From positions 20,090 through 84,089 of the forward strand of contig JBBDYP010000080.1 of assembly GCA_040900615.1 (NCBI GenBank): DNA of 64,000 nt, given 5' to 3'. This DNA is from Solirubrobacterales bacterium. Its GTDB lineage: Bacteria; Actinomycetota; Thermoleophilia; Solirubrobacterales; 70-9. The notes beneath the pieces are model-generated. The model had not been told where the DNA came from. It worked only from the letters and a program-made list of their open reading frames with translations, and searched no databases. The position numbers and the translations under genes were made by a program. Below are positions 44,985-52,422 of the stretch, one piece after another; the stretch's first letter is position 1, and each line of letters opens with the position of its first letter.

Positions 44985-45932
44985 GTGAACGAACCTCGAT
45001 CACTTGCCGTCGTGATTCCCAGCTGGAACTCCATCGACCTGCTGCCGCGCTGCCTGGACTCCCTCGCGGCGCAGGACGTGGCGGTGGAGGTCCTGATCGT
45101 CGACAACGGCTCCAGCGACGGCACCGTGAGCTACCTGGAGGAGTGCGCTGTGCCCCACCTCTCGCTGTCGCGCAACCTCGGCTTCGCCGCGGCGATGAAC
45201 ATCGGCGCCAGGCGTGTCTCGGCGGACGCGATCCTCGCCCTGAACGCCGACACCGCCCTCGAGCCGGGATGCATGCGCGCGCTTCAGGAGGCGCTGCTGG
45301 CGGATCCCACGCTGGGGGGCGTGCAGCCGCGCATCCTCCAGCTCGAGGACGGCGCGAGCGTCGAGAGCGCCCGCATCTACAGCGCCGGGCAGGCGCTGAC
45401 GCGGGACGGCAGGGCGTTCGAGGAGGGCGCCGGTGAGGCCCAGCGCCCCGGCTTCCTGCGAGGGCACGAGGTCTTCGGAGTCTGCGGCGCCGCCTGCCTG
45501 CTCCGCAGGGAGCTGTTCGACCAGCTCGGCGGCTACGACGAGTCCTACTTCGCCTTCTATGAGGACGTCGACCTCAACGTGCGGGCGCGGATTGGCGGCT
45601 GGAGCTTTGCCTACGTCCCCGAGGCCGTCGTCTGGCACATCGGCAACGCCTCCTGGTCGGCGGGCTTCCGCCAGCCCGGCGTCGAGAACGCGCGGCTGGT
45701 AGCCCGCAACCGCCTCGCCACCCAGATCAAGTTCATGCCGCTCGGCGCCGCCCCGCGGATCGCGGCCGTCGAGGTCGGCTCTCTGGGGCGGGCCGCGGCC
45801 CAGCGTCGCTTGCTGGCGACGCTAAGCGGCAAGCTCGCAGCCCTGCGCTGGCTGCCGCGCCTGCTGCGGCTGCGCCGCCGGCTGCGCCGCGAGGGCGACC
45901 CGGCGAAGGCCCGCCGCTGGCTTGGCGCCTAG
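44985..45932 (+). CDS. GT2 family glycosyltransferase (rhamnosyltransferase-like)
   Basis: AVVIPSWNS, IVDNGSSDGT, LSRNLGFAAAMN and FYEDVDLNVR motifs. Confidence 0.8.
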   Translation: MNEPRSLAVVIPSWNSIDLLPRCLDSLAAQDVAVEVLIVDNGSSDGTVSYLEECAVPHLSLSRNLGFAAAMNIGARRVSADAILALNADTALEPGCMRALQEALLADPTLGGVQPRILQLEDGASVESARIYSAGQALTRDGRAFEEGAGEAQRPGFLRGHEVFGVCGAACLLRRELFDQLGGYDESYFAFYEDVDLNVRARIGGWSFAYVPEAVVWHIGNASWSAGFRQPGVENARLVARNRLATQIKFMPLGAAPRIAAVEVGSLGRAAAQRRLLATLSGKLAALRWLPRLLRLRRRLRREGDPAKARRWLGA

Positions 45933-46891
45933 CCCCGCCGCCGCCTCCGCAGCGCCAGGGCCCGCCGCGCCGAGATCTCCAGCAGCGGCGCCCCCTCGAC
46001 ATCGCGGGGCTCGAGCCCGCCGCCGTCGCGCCAGCCCCGCAGGCGCCCGCCGATCCCCTTCGCGGTGTGGTCGATCAGCAGCTGGCCGGCGCAGATCGCT
46101 CCCTCGCAGGCAAGCGCTCGCAGCGCCAGCCGCGGCTGCGACATCACCCCGTAGCGACGCAGCATGTAGCCGCGGCTCCAGCCGGTCGCGGCGTACTTGC
46201 GGGCGCTGCCGGCGCCGAGGCTGGCCGAGTAGGCGTGCAGCGCCCGCGCCCCGCCGGCGAGGCGGCAGCGGCCCCCGGCCGCCGCCAGCCGCAGCGCCAG
46301 GTCGAGGTCCTCGTAGTAGAGGAAGATGCGCTCGTCGAAGCCGCCCACCGCCTCGAAGGCGGCGCGGCGGTAGAGGGCGGCGCCGCCGGTCGGCCCGAGC
46401 GGGTCGGGAGCGCCCAGCGCCGCCGCTAGCGGCTCGCCGTGCAGGTAGTCGAAGCCCATCAGGGTCGCGTCGGCGACGACCCCGGCGGAGTCGATCAGGT
46501 CCGGCGAGCGTTCCTGGACGAGCACGCCGGCCACCGACTGCACGCCCTCGCCGAGCCCGTCGAGCAGCGCCTCGGCGAAGCGCGGCTCGCACTCGACGTC
46601 GTTGTTGAGCAGGATCAGCGCGTCGGCCGGATGCGCCGCGACGGCGCGGTTGAGCGCCGGCCCGAAGCCGAGGTTGCGCTCCAGCTCGAGGATCTTCACC
46701 TCCGGGAAGTCCCGTCGCGTCGCCACCACCGAGTCGTCCTCGGAGCCGTTGTCGACGACGACGACGTCGAGCGGGCGGGTCTGCTCGGCCAGGCTGCGCA
46801 GCGTCCGCGCCAGGCGCGCGGATCCGTTGTAGTTGGGGATGTAGACGGCGGCTCGCACGGCTCGGTGACCGGTGCGCGGCGAAGGTGGCAC
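45929..46891 (-). CDS. GT2 family glycosyltransferase
   Basis: VYIPNYNG, VVDNGSEDDS, LERNLGFGPALN and YYEDLDLALR motifs. It is convergent with the previous gene and overlaps it by 4 nt. Confidence 0.8.
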   Translation of the reverse strand: MPPSPRTGHRAVRAAVYIPNYNGSARLARTLRSLAEQTRPLDVVVVDNGSEDDSVVATRRDFPEVKILELERNLGFGPALNRAVAAHPADALILLNNDVECEPRFAEALLDGLGEGVQSVAGVLVQERSPDLIDSAGVVADATLMGFDYLHGEPLAAALGAPDPLGPTGGAALYRRAAFEAVGGFDERIFLYYEDLDLALRLAAAGGRCRLAGGARALHAYSASLGAGSARKYAATGWSRGYMLRRYGVMSQPRLALRALACEGAICAGQLLIDHTAKGIGGRLRGWRDGGGLEPRDVEGAPLLEISARRALALRRRRRG

Positions 46892-46915
46892 GTTGCGCCT
46901 TCCTACCGCCGGCGC

Positions 46916-47326
46916 TCAGTCGATCTGGCCCTGGGCAAAGGCGGCGAATTGGCGCAGGTCGTCGAGGCGAGAGAGCGCGCTCCAAACGGCTTCGTCGTCC
47001 ACCTCGAGGTAGCCGTGGACGAGGATGTTGCGCATCCCGGCCGCCTCACCCAGCCGCTTCGCAAGCTGGGGTTCGAGACCGGCCGAGCGCAGGCTGTCGA
47101 AGATGCCTCGGTAATCAGAAGGGGCCTCGAGTCCCAGCTCGGCGATCAAGTGGGCGCCGACGTCGATGCAGACCTGGACAGCGAGCTGAATCGCGTGGGC
47201 GGCGGCAAGGCGAGTGCGAAAATCGCTCTTGTACGTGGCGTGGCCGCCGGCTCGAATCTCCTCCAGCTCCTCGAGGAGCTGTGAGAGACGGGCAAGTCGG
47301 ACCGAGACGCTCTCAGCGTCGACCAA
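46916..47326 (-). CDS. hepT: HepT-type HEPN toxin (DUF86), type VII toxin-antitoxin
   Basis: RNILVHGY (Rx4HxY HEPN motif). The TTG at 47326 overlaps the mntA stop by 14 nt; the ORF extends to 47392. Confidence 0.75.
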   Translation of the reverse strand: MVDAESVSVRLARLSQLLEELEEIRAGGHATYKSDFRTRLAAAHAIQLAVQVCIDVGAHLIAELGLEAPSDYRGIFDSLRSAGLEPQLAKRLGEAAGMRNILVHGYLEVDDEAVWSALSRLDDLRQFAAFAQGQID

Positions 47327-47774
47327 AGCGGCCCTCTTCGATGCGGTGGCGCATGCCTTGCGCAAACTCCGCGCGGAGTGGCTTGGTGTCAAGGTAGTCG
47401 AGGATTGCCTTCGCCTCGAGATGCACTCTGGTCTTGGGGTCCCGTTCGACCAGGCGCCGCGCGTCGCGAATTGCCCGGTGGCGCATCAGCGGGGTCGCAT
47501 GGTTGAGGAGAACGACGTCGACCTCGTCAGTGCCCAGCGCGGCGGCGGCCGCGGCGGCAAGCTCCAGCTGAAGCTCGAGACGCTCGTCCGGGCCGAGGCC
47601 GGGCTCGTGCCAAACGCCGATATCGACATCGGACAGCGGACCCGCCTTGGCTCGGGCCTGCGAGCCGATCAGCATCGCGGCCACGACGCCCTCTCGATCG
47701 AACGCGCCGGCGAGTCGCGCGAGCGCCCCTGAATCCAGCGGCGGTACCCGGGTCCGCTCGTCGACGATCGTCAT
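47313..47774 (-). CDS. mntA: MntA-type minimal nucleotidyltransferase antitoxin
   Basis: LIGSQARAKAGPLSDVDIGV (GSxxRGxxxxxSDxD nucleotidyltransferase motif). It lies directly upstream of hepT. Confidence 0.8.
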   Translation of the reverse strand: MTIVDERTRVPPLDSGALARLAGAFDREGVVAAMLIGSQARAKAGPLSDVDIGVWHEPGLGPDERLELQLELAAAAAAALGTDEVDVVLLNHATPLMRHRAIRDARRLVERDPKTRVHLEAKAILDYLDTKPLRAEFAQGMRHRIEEGRFGRR

Positions 47775-47822
47775 CCCGGCATCGTCGCTGATCGGGCGGA
47801 CCGAGTCCAGGAAACGACCGAT

Positions 47823-47836
47823 GGACGCGCGCGTCC
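47823..47836. promoter_or_regulatory. perfect 14-nt palindrome GGACGCGCGCGTCC in the divergent mntA / rmlA intergenic region
   Basis: Read directly from the sequence. It lies between the mntA start (47774) and the rmlA start (47867). Confidence 0.3.
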
Positions 47837-47866
47837 GCCGTCGGCTAAGTAGGGTTGCAGCCTCGC

Positions 47867-48943
47867 ATGGAGCCGTTAAAGGGATTGATCCTCTCCGGCG
47901 GCGCTGGAACGCGGCTTCGACCGATCACCCACACCTCGGCGAAGCAGCTCGTTCCCGTCGCCAACAAGCCCGTCCTGTTCTACGGGATCGAGGCGCTGGT
48001 CGACGCCGGGGTGGAGGAGATCGGGATCATCATCGCCCCGGAGACCGGCGAGGAGATCCGGGAAGCCGCCGGCGACGGCTCCGCCTTCGGCGCCAGGATC
48101 ACCTACATCGTCCAGGACGAACCGGCCGGCCTCGCCCACGCGGTGCTGACCGCGGAGGAGTTCATCGGCGGCTCGCCGTTCGTGATGTACCTCGGCGACA
48201 ATCTCCTGCGCGACGGGCTGCGCGGCCTCGTCTCGACCTTCCGCGAGCACGAGCCGGACGCGCTGATCCTGCTCACCCCGGTTGACGATCCGCAGCACTA
48301 CGGGGTCGCCGAGCTCGACGGGGAACGGATCGTCCGCCTGATCGAGAAGCCGAAAGACCCGCCGTCGAACCTGGCGCTGGTCGGCGTCTACCTCTTCATG
48401 CCGGCGATCTTCGACGCCGCCCGCGCCCTCGAGCCCTCCTGGCGCGGCGAGCTGGAGATCACCGAGGCGATCCAGGCTCTGATCGACGACGGCCACCGGG
48501 TTCAGTCCGAGGTCGTGCGCGGCTGGTGGAAGGACACCGGCCAGCTCGCCGACATGCTCGAGGCCAACCGGCTCGTGCTGGAGGAGCTGGAGAAGCGCCT
48601 GGAGGGGGAGATCGACGAGGAGTCGCGGGTCGAGGGCCGGGTCGTGCTCGAGCCGGGTGCCTCGCTGACCCGCTCCGTGGTCCGCGGGCCGGCCGTGATC
48701 GGCGCCGGCGCCTGCATCGAGGACGCCTACATCGGCCCCTACACCTCGATCGGCGAGGGCGTCCACGTCCGCCGCTCCGAGGTCGAGCACTCGATCGTCC
48801 TCTCCGGCTCGGTGGTCGAGGACCTCGGCACGCGGATGGAGGCGAGCCTGCTCGGGCGCAACGTGAAGCTGACCCGCAGCGACGGGATGCCGAAGACCCT
48901 GCGGCTCCTGGTCGGCGACAACTGCGAGATCGAAATCGTCTAG
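47867..48943 (+). CDS. rmlA: glucose-1-phosphate thymidylyltransferase, long form with C-terminal left-handed beta-helix
   Basis: GLILSGGAGTRLRPITHTSAKQLVPVANKP. The C-terminal hexapeptide-like repeats are present. The start is ATG at 47867 (TTG at 47855 is an alternative). Confidence 0.85.
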   Translation: MEPLKGLILSGGAGTRLRPITHTSAKQLVPVANKPVLFYGIEALVDAGVEEIGIIIAPETGEEIREAAGDGSAFGARITYIVQDEPAGLAHAVLTAEEFIGGSPFVMYLGDNLLRDGLRGLVSTFREHEPDALILLTPVDDPQHYGVAELDGERIVRLIEKPKDPPSNLALVGVYLFMPAIFDAARALEPSWRGELEITEAIQALIDDGHRVQSEVVRGWWKDTGQLADMLEANRLVLEELEKRLEGEIDEESRVEGRVVLEPGASLTRSVVRGPAVIGAGACIEDAYIGPYTSIGEGVHVRRSEVEHSIVLSGSVVEDLGTRMEASLLGRNVKLTRSDGMPKTLRLLVGDNCEIEIV

Positions 48944-48956
48944 TGAGGCCGGTTCG

Positions 48957-49808
48957 ATGAAGCTCCTCGTGACCGGCGCCGCCGGCATGCTGGGTCGCGA
49001 CGTGATGCTCGCCGCCGGCAACGCCGGCCACGACATGGTCGGCTTCGGCCGCGCCGAGCTCGACGTCACCGACGCCGCCTAGGTCGAGCGCAAGCTCGAC
49101 CTCGAGCGACCCGACGTCGTCATCAACTGCTCCGCCTGGACCGACGTCGACGGCGCCGAGGAGGCCGAGCAGGCCGCCTTCGCCGTCAACGGCACCGGCG
49201 CCGGCAATGTCGCCGGGGCGGCCGCGGAGATCGGCGCCAGCGTCGTCTACGTCTCCACCGATTACGTCTTCGACGGCGCCAAGGGCGCGCCCTACGTGGA
49301 GAGCGACCAGCCGGCCCCGCTCTCGGCCTACGGCCGCACCAAGCTGGCCGGGGAGGAGGCGACCGCGGCCGCCAACAAGCGCCACTTCATCGTCCGCTCC
49401 GCCGGCCTGTTCGGCATCGGCGGCGCCAACTTCGTTGAGACGATGCTGCGCCTGGCGGCCACCCAGAACGAGGTCCTGGTCGTCCGCGACCAGGTCGGCT
49501 CGCCCACCTACACCTGGCACCTCGCCTACGGGCTGGTCCGCCTGATCGAGGGGATCGAGTTCGGCATCCACCACATGGCGGCCGCCGGACAGTGCTCCTG
49601 GTACGAGTTCGCACGGGAAATCTTCGAGCAGGCCAAGATCGACTGCAAAGTGCTCTCGGGGACGACCGAGATGCTGGGCCGCCCGGCGCCGCGCCCGGCC
49701 TTCTCGGCCCTGGTCAGCCAGCGCGAGCACGCGATCCGGCTGCCCTCCTGGCAGGACGGGCTGGCAGGCTATCTCGCCCAACGACAAGCGGAGAGGGAGG
49801 CGGCATGA
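48957..49808 (+). pseudogene. rmlD: dTDP-4-dehydrorhamnose reductase interrupted by one in-frame TAG (49080-49082)
   Basis: MKLLVTGAAGMLGRDV...ELDVTDAA-TAG-VERKLDLERPDVVINCSAWTDVD...YGRTKLAGE all lie in a single frame. Only codon 42 is a stop. Confidence 0.8.
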
Positions 49809-50788
49809 AACTCCTCGTCACCGGCGCCGCCGGTTTCATCGGTTCCACCTACGTGCGACTGGTCGCCGACGAGCACGACGTGGTGGTGCTGGACAAGCTC
49901 ACCTACGCCGGCCGGCGTGAGAACCTCCCCGAGGGGGTGGAGCTGATCGTCGGCGGGATCGAGGACCCGGCGATCGTCCGCGAGGCGATGGCGGGCGTCG
50001 ACGCGGTCGTCAACTTCGCCGCCGAGTCCCACGTCGACCGCTCGATCGACGACCAGGACGCCTTCGCCCGCACCCACGTGATCGGCACCGGCACCCTGCT
50101 CGACGCCGCCCGCGAGCTCGGCGTCGGCCGCTACCTGCAGGTCTCCACCGACGAGGTCTACGGCTCGATCGAGTCCGGCTCCTTCACCGAGACCTCGCCG
50201 CTCGACCCCTCCTCGCCCTACTCGGCGACCAAGGCCGCCGGCGACCTGCTCGTCTCCGCTCACGTCCACACCTACGGCATCGAGGCCTCGATCGTCCGTG
50301 GCTCCAACAACTACGGCCCCCGCCAGTATCCGGAGAAGTTGATTCCCCTGACGGTCCTGAATGCGCTCCACGGAGACTCGCTGCCCGTGTATGGAGACGG
50401 GCGCCAGGTCCGCAACTGGCTCTACGTCGAGGACTTCTGCCGCGGCATCCACACGGTGCTGATGAACGGCCGCGCCGGCCAGGCCTACAACGTCGGCGGC
50501 CCCGACGAGTGCGAGAACATCGAGGTGGTGAAGCGGGTGATCGAGCTGACCGGCGCCGAGGAGTCGCTGATCGAGTACGTCAGCGACCGCCCCGGCCACG
50601 ACCGCCGCTACTCACTCGCCTCCAACAAGATCCGCGATGAGCTGGGATGGGAGGCGCAGGTCCATTTCGCCGAGGGCCTGGAGAAGACCGTCGCCTGGTA
50701 CCGCGACAACGAGGAGTGGTGGGGCCCGATCCGCTCCGGCGAGTACCGCGAGTACTACGAGAAGCAGTACGGAAGGTCTCTGGGCTGA
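49805..50788 (+). CDS. rmlB: dTDP-glucose 4,6-dehydratase
   Basis: The ATGA overlaps the rmlD stop. VTGAAGFIGS, DKLTYAG, STDEVYG, YSATKAAGD and RPGHDRRY signatures. Confidence 0.92.
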   Translation: MKLLVTGAAGFIGSTYVRLVADEHDVVVLDKLTYAGRRENLPEGVELIVGGIEDPAIVREAMAGVDAVVNFAAESHVDRSIDDQDAFARTHVIGTGTLLDAARELGVGRYLQVSTDEVYGSIESGSFTETSPLDPSSPYSATKAAGDLLVSAHVHTYGIEASIVRGSNNYGPRQYPEKLIPLTVLNALHGDSLPVYGDGRQVRNWLYVEDFCRGIHTVLMNGRAGQAYNVGGPDECENIEVVKRVIELTGAEESLIEYVSDRPGHDRRYSLASNKIRDELGWEAQVHFAEGLEKTVAWYRDNEEWWGPIRSGEYREYYEKQYGRSLG

Positions 50789-50791
50789 TGT

Positions 50792-50957
50792 GGGGGTCAT
50801 TCCAGGTCCCCGCGCGCGCGTCTGGCGGCGGCGGACACACTGCGCGGCGCGGCGTCCTCGGTCGGCCAAATAGCGCTGCTATTCGGCCTCCCTGCGTCCT
50901 TGCCCCGCTTGGTCCGCCACTCGCCAGCCGCACACGGGGGGACCTGGAATGACCCCC
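50792..50957. repeat. perfect 20-bp inverted repeat (GGGGGTCATTCCAGGTCCCC / GGGGACCTGGAATGACCCCC) enclosing a 126-nt spacer; the right arm contains the rmlC start codon
   Basis: Left arm 50792-50811 and right arm 50938-50957 are exact reverse complements. The spacer has an internal hairpin at 50864-50888. Confidence 0.7.
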
Positions 50958-51500
50958 GAGCGGTTGCCGACGAAGCTCGACGGTGTCGTGCTGCTGGAGC
51001 CCGACGTCCACGGCGACGAGCGCGGGTTCATGGTCGAGACCTTCAGCCGCGACGCCTGGGCGGAACTCGGGATCGAGATCGACTTCGTCCAGCACAACCA
51101 CTCGCGCTCGGCCAGGGGCACCCTGCGCGGGATTCACTTCCAGACCGAGCCGGGCCAGGCGAAGCTGGTCCGCTGCGCCCGCGGCGAGATCCTCGACGTC
51201 GCCGTCGACCTGCGCCGCGCCTCGCCGACCTTCGGGCAGTGGGAGGCGCACCTGCTCGACGACGTCAGGCACCGCCAGCTCTTCGTCCCGGTCGGCTTCG
51301 GCCACGGCTTCGCCGTCCTCAGCGACGTCGCCGACGTCACCTACCAGGTCTCCAGCCTCTACGACCCGGCGACCGAGAAGGGGATCGCCTGGGACGACCC
51401 CGACGTCGCCGTCGACTGGCAAGTCCCCGAGCCGCTCCTCTCCGAGCGCGACAAGACCGCCCCGACTCTCACCGAGATCCGCGACACCCTCCCGTTCTAA
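50949..51500 (+). CDS. rmlC: dTDP-4-dehydrorhamnose 3,5-epimerase
   Basis: GVVLLEPDVHGDERGFMVETF, RGIHFQ and FVPVGFGHGF cupin motifs. Confidence 0.9.
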   Translation: MTPERLPTKLDGVVLLEPDVHGDERGFMVETFSRDAWAELGIEIDFVQHNHSRSARGTLRGIHFQTEPGQAKLVRCARGEILDVAVDLRRASPTFGQWEAHLLDDVRHRQLFVPVGFGHGFAVLSDVADVTYQVSSLYDPATEKGIAWDDPDVAVDWQVPEPLLSERDKTAPTLTEIRDTLPF

Positions 51501-51503
51501 GCG

Positions 51504-51552
51504 GTCGACGGGCCGAAATGTCGCCTATGGCGCGACATTTCGGCCCGTCGAC
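51504..51552. terminator. 21-bp perfect-stem hairpin between convergent rmlC and GT2 genes (bidirectional terminator candidate)
   Basis: GTCGACGGGCCGAAATGTCGC - CTATGGC - GCGACATTTCGGCCCGTCGAC. The right arm encodes the last residues of the minus-strand GT2, and the loop contains its TAG. Confidence 0.6.
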
Positions 51553-52412
51553 GCGGAGATCGCGAGGCTGGCGGCGAGTTTGGCGCCGATGCCGGCGTAG
51601 ACGGCGGCGTTGACGAGCGGGTTGTGCGCGGGGGCGTCGAAGCGGCGGTAGAAGCGGCCCATGCCGCGGTGGAAGGCGATTTCCTGGCGGGCGGCGCGTC
51701 GGGCGGCGCTGGAGCCGCCCTTGACGTGGAGGGCGACGCCGGCCGGCTCGTAGAAGACCTTCCAGCCGGCGTCCCAGAAGCGGTGGCACCAGTCGAGGTC
51801 CTCCATGTAGAGCCAGTAGCCCTCGTCCAGCAGGCCGACCTCGCGGATCGCCTCCGCCCGGCAGAGCATGAAGGCGCCGTTGACGGCGTCGACCTCGCCG
51901 GGCTCGTCGGCGCCCAGGTGCGTCGCCCGGTACTGGCTGAGGGCGCCGCCGGCGTCTGCCGAGCGCCCGATGCCGGCAAAGTGGGCGAGGGCGCCGAGCG
52001 GGGTCGGGAAGGAGCGCTTGCAGGCGTGGTCGAGGTCCCCGCTCTCGGTCACCAGCTTGACCCCGACCATGCCGATCCTCGGCTCGGAGCGCAGCCGCGC
52101 CAGGGCGGCGTCGAGGGTCCCGGCGTAGACCTCGGTGTCGGGATTGAGCAGCAGCACGGCGGCGGCCTCGCTCTCGCGCAGGACCAGGTTGTTGGCGGCG
52201 GAGAAGCCGATGTTGGCGCGCCGCAGCAGCCGCACTGCGGGGAACTCCCGCTCGACCGTGTCCGGGGTCGAGTCGGGGCTGCCGCTGTCGACGACCGTCA
52301 CCCGCATCTCGCCGCTGGCCGGGTGCTCGGCCAGCGAGCGCAGGCACCGCCGCAGCAGCCCTTCGGCCCCGTGGCTGACGATCACGACCTCGAGGTCGGG
52401 CGGGGCCGGCAT
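51525..52412 (-). CDS. GT2 family glycosyltransferase
   Basis: VVIVSHGA, VVDSGSPDST, RRANIGFSAANN and LYMEDLDWCHR motifs. Confidence 0.8.
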   Translation of the reverse strand: MPAPPDLEVVIVSHGAEGLLRRCLRSLAEHPASGEMRVTVVDSGSPDSTPDTVEREFPAVRLLRRANIGFSAANNLVLRESEAAAVLLLNPDTEVYAGTLDAALARLRSEPRIGMVGVKLVTESGDLDHACKRSFPTPLGALAHFAGIGRSADAGGALSQYRATHLGADEPGEVDAVNGAFMLCRAEAIREVGLLDEGYWLYMEDLDWCHRFWDAGWKVFYEPAGVALHVKGGSSAARRAARQEIAFHRGMGRFYRRFDAPAHNPLVNAAVYAGIGAKLAASLAISASTGRNVAP

Positions 52413-52422
52413 CTGCCGGAGG

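Noticed and set aside
42326-45124. 932-aa minus-strand ORF
   Set aside because: Only the C-terminal 410 aa, from the GTG at 43558, encode the Wzt ATPase. The upstream part is an out-of-frame read through the real membrane-protein gene (43570-44961, another frame) and gives an Arg/Pro/Gly-rich nonsense translation.
50792-50957. Calling the rmlB-rmlC inverted-repeat unit a MITE
   Set aside because: Unlike the element at 62671-62816, no direct target-site duplication flanks the arms (the flanks are GATGT and GAGCG), and the right arm provides the rmlC start codon. It is kept as an unexplained inverted repeat or regulatory candidate.
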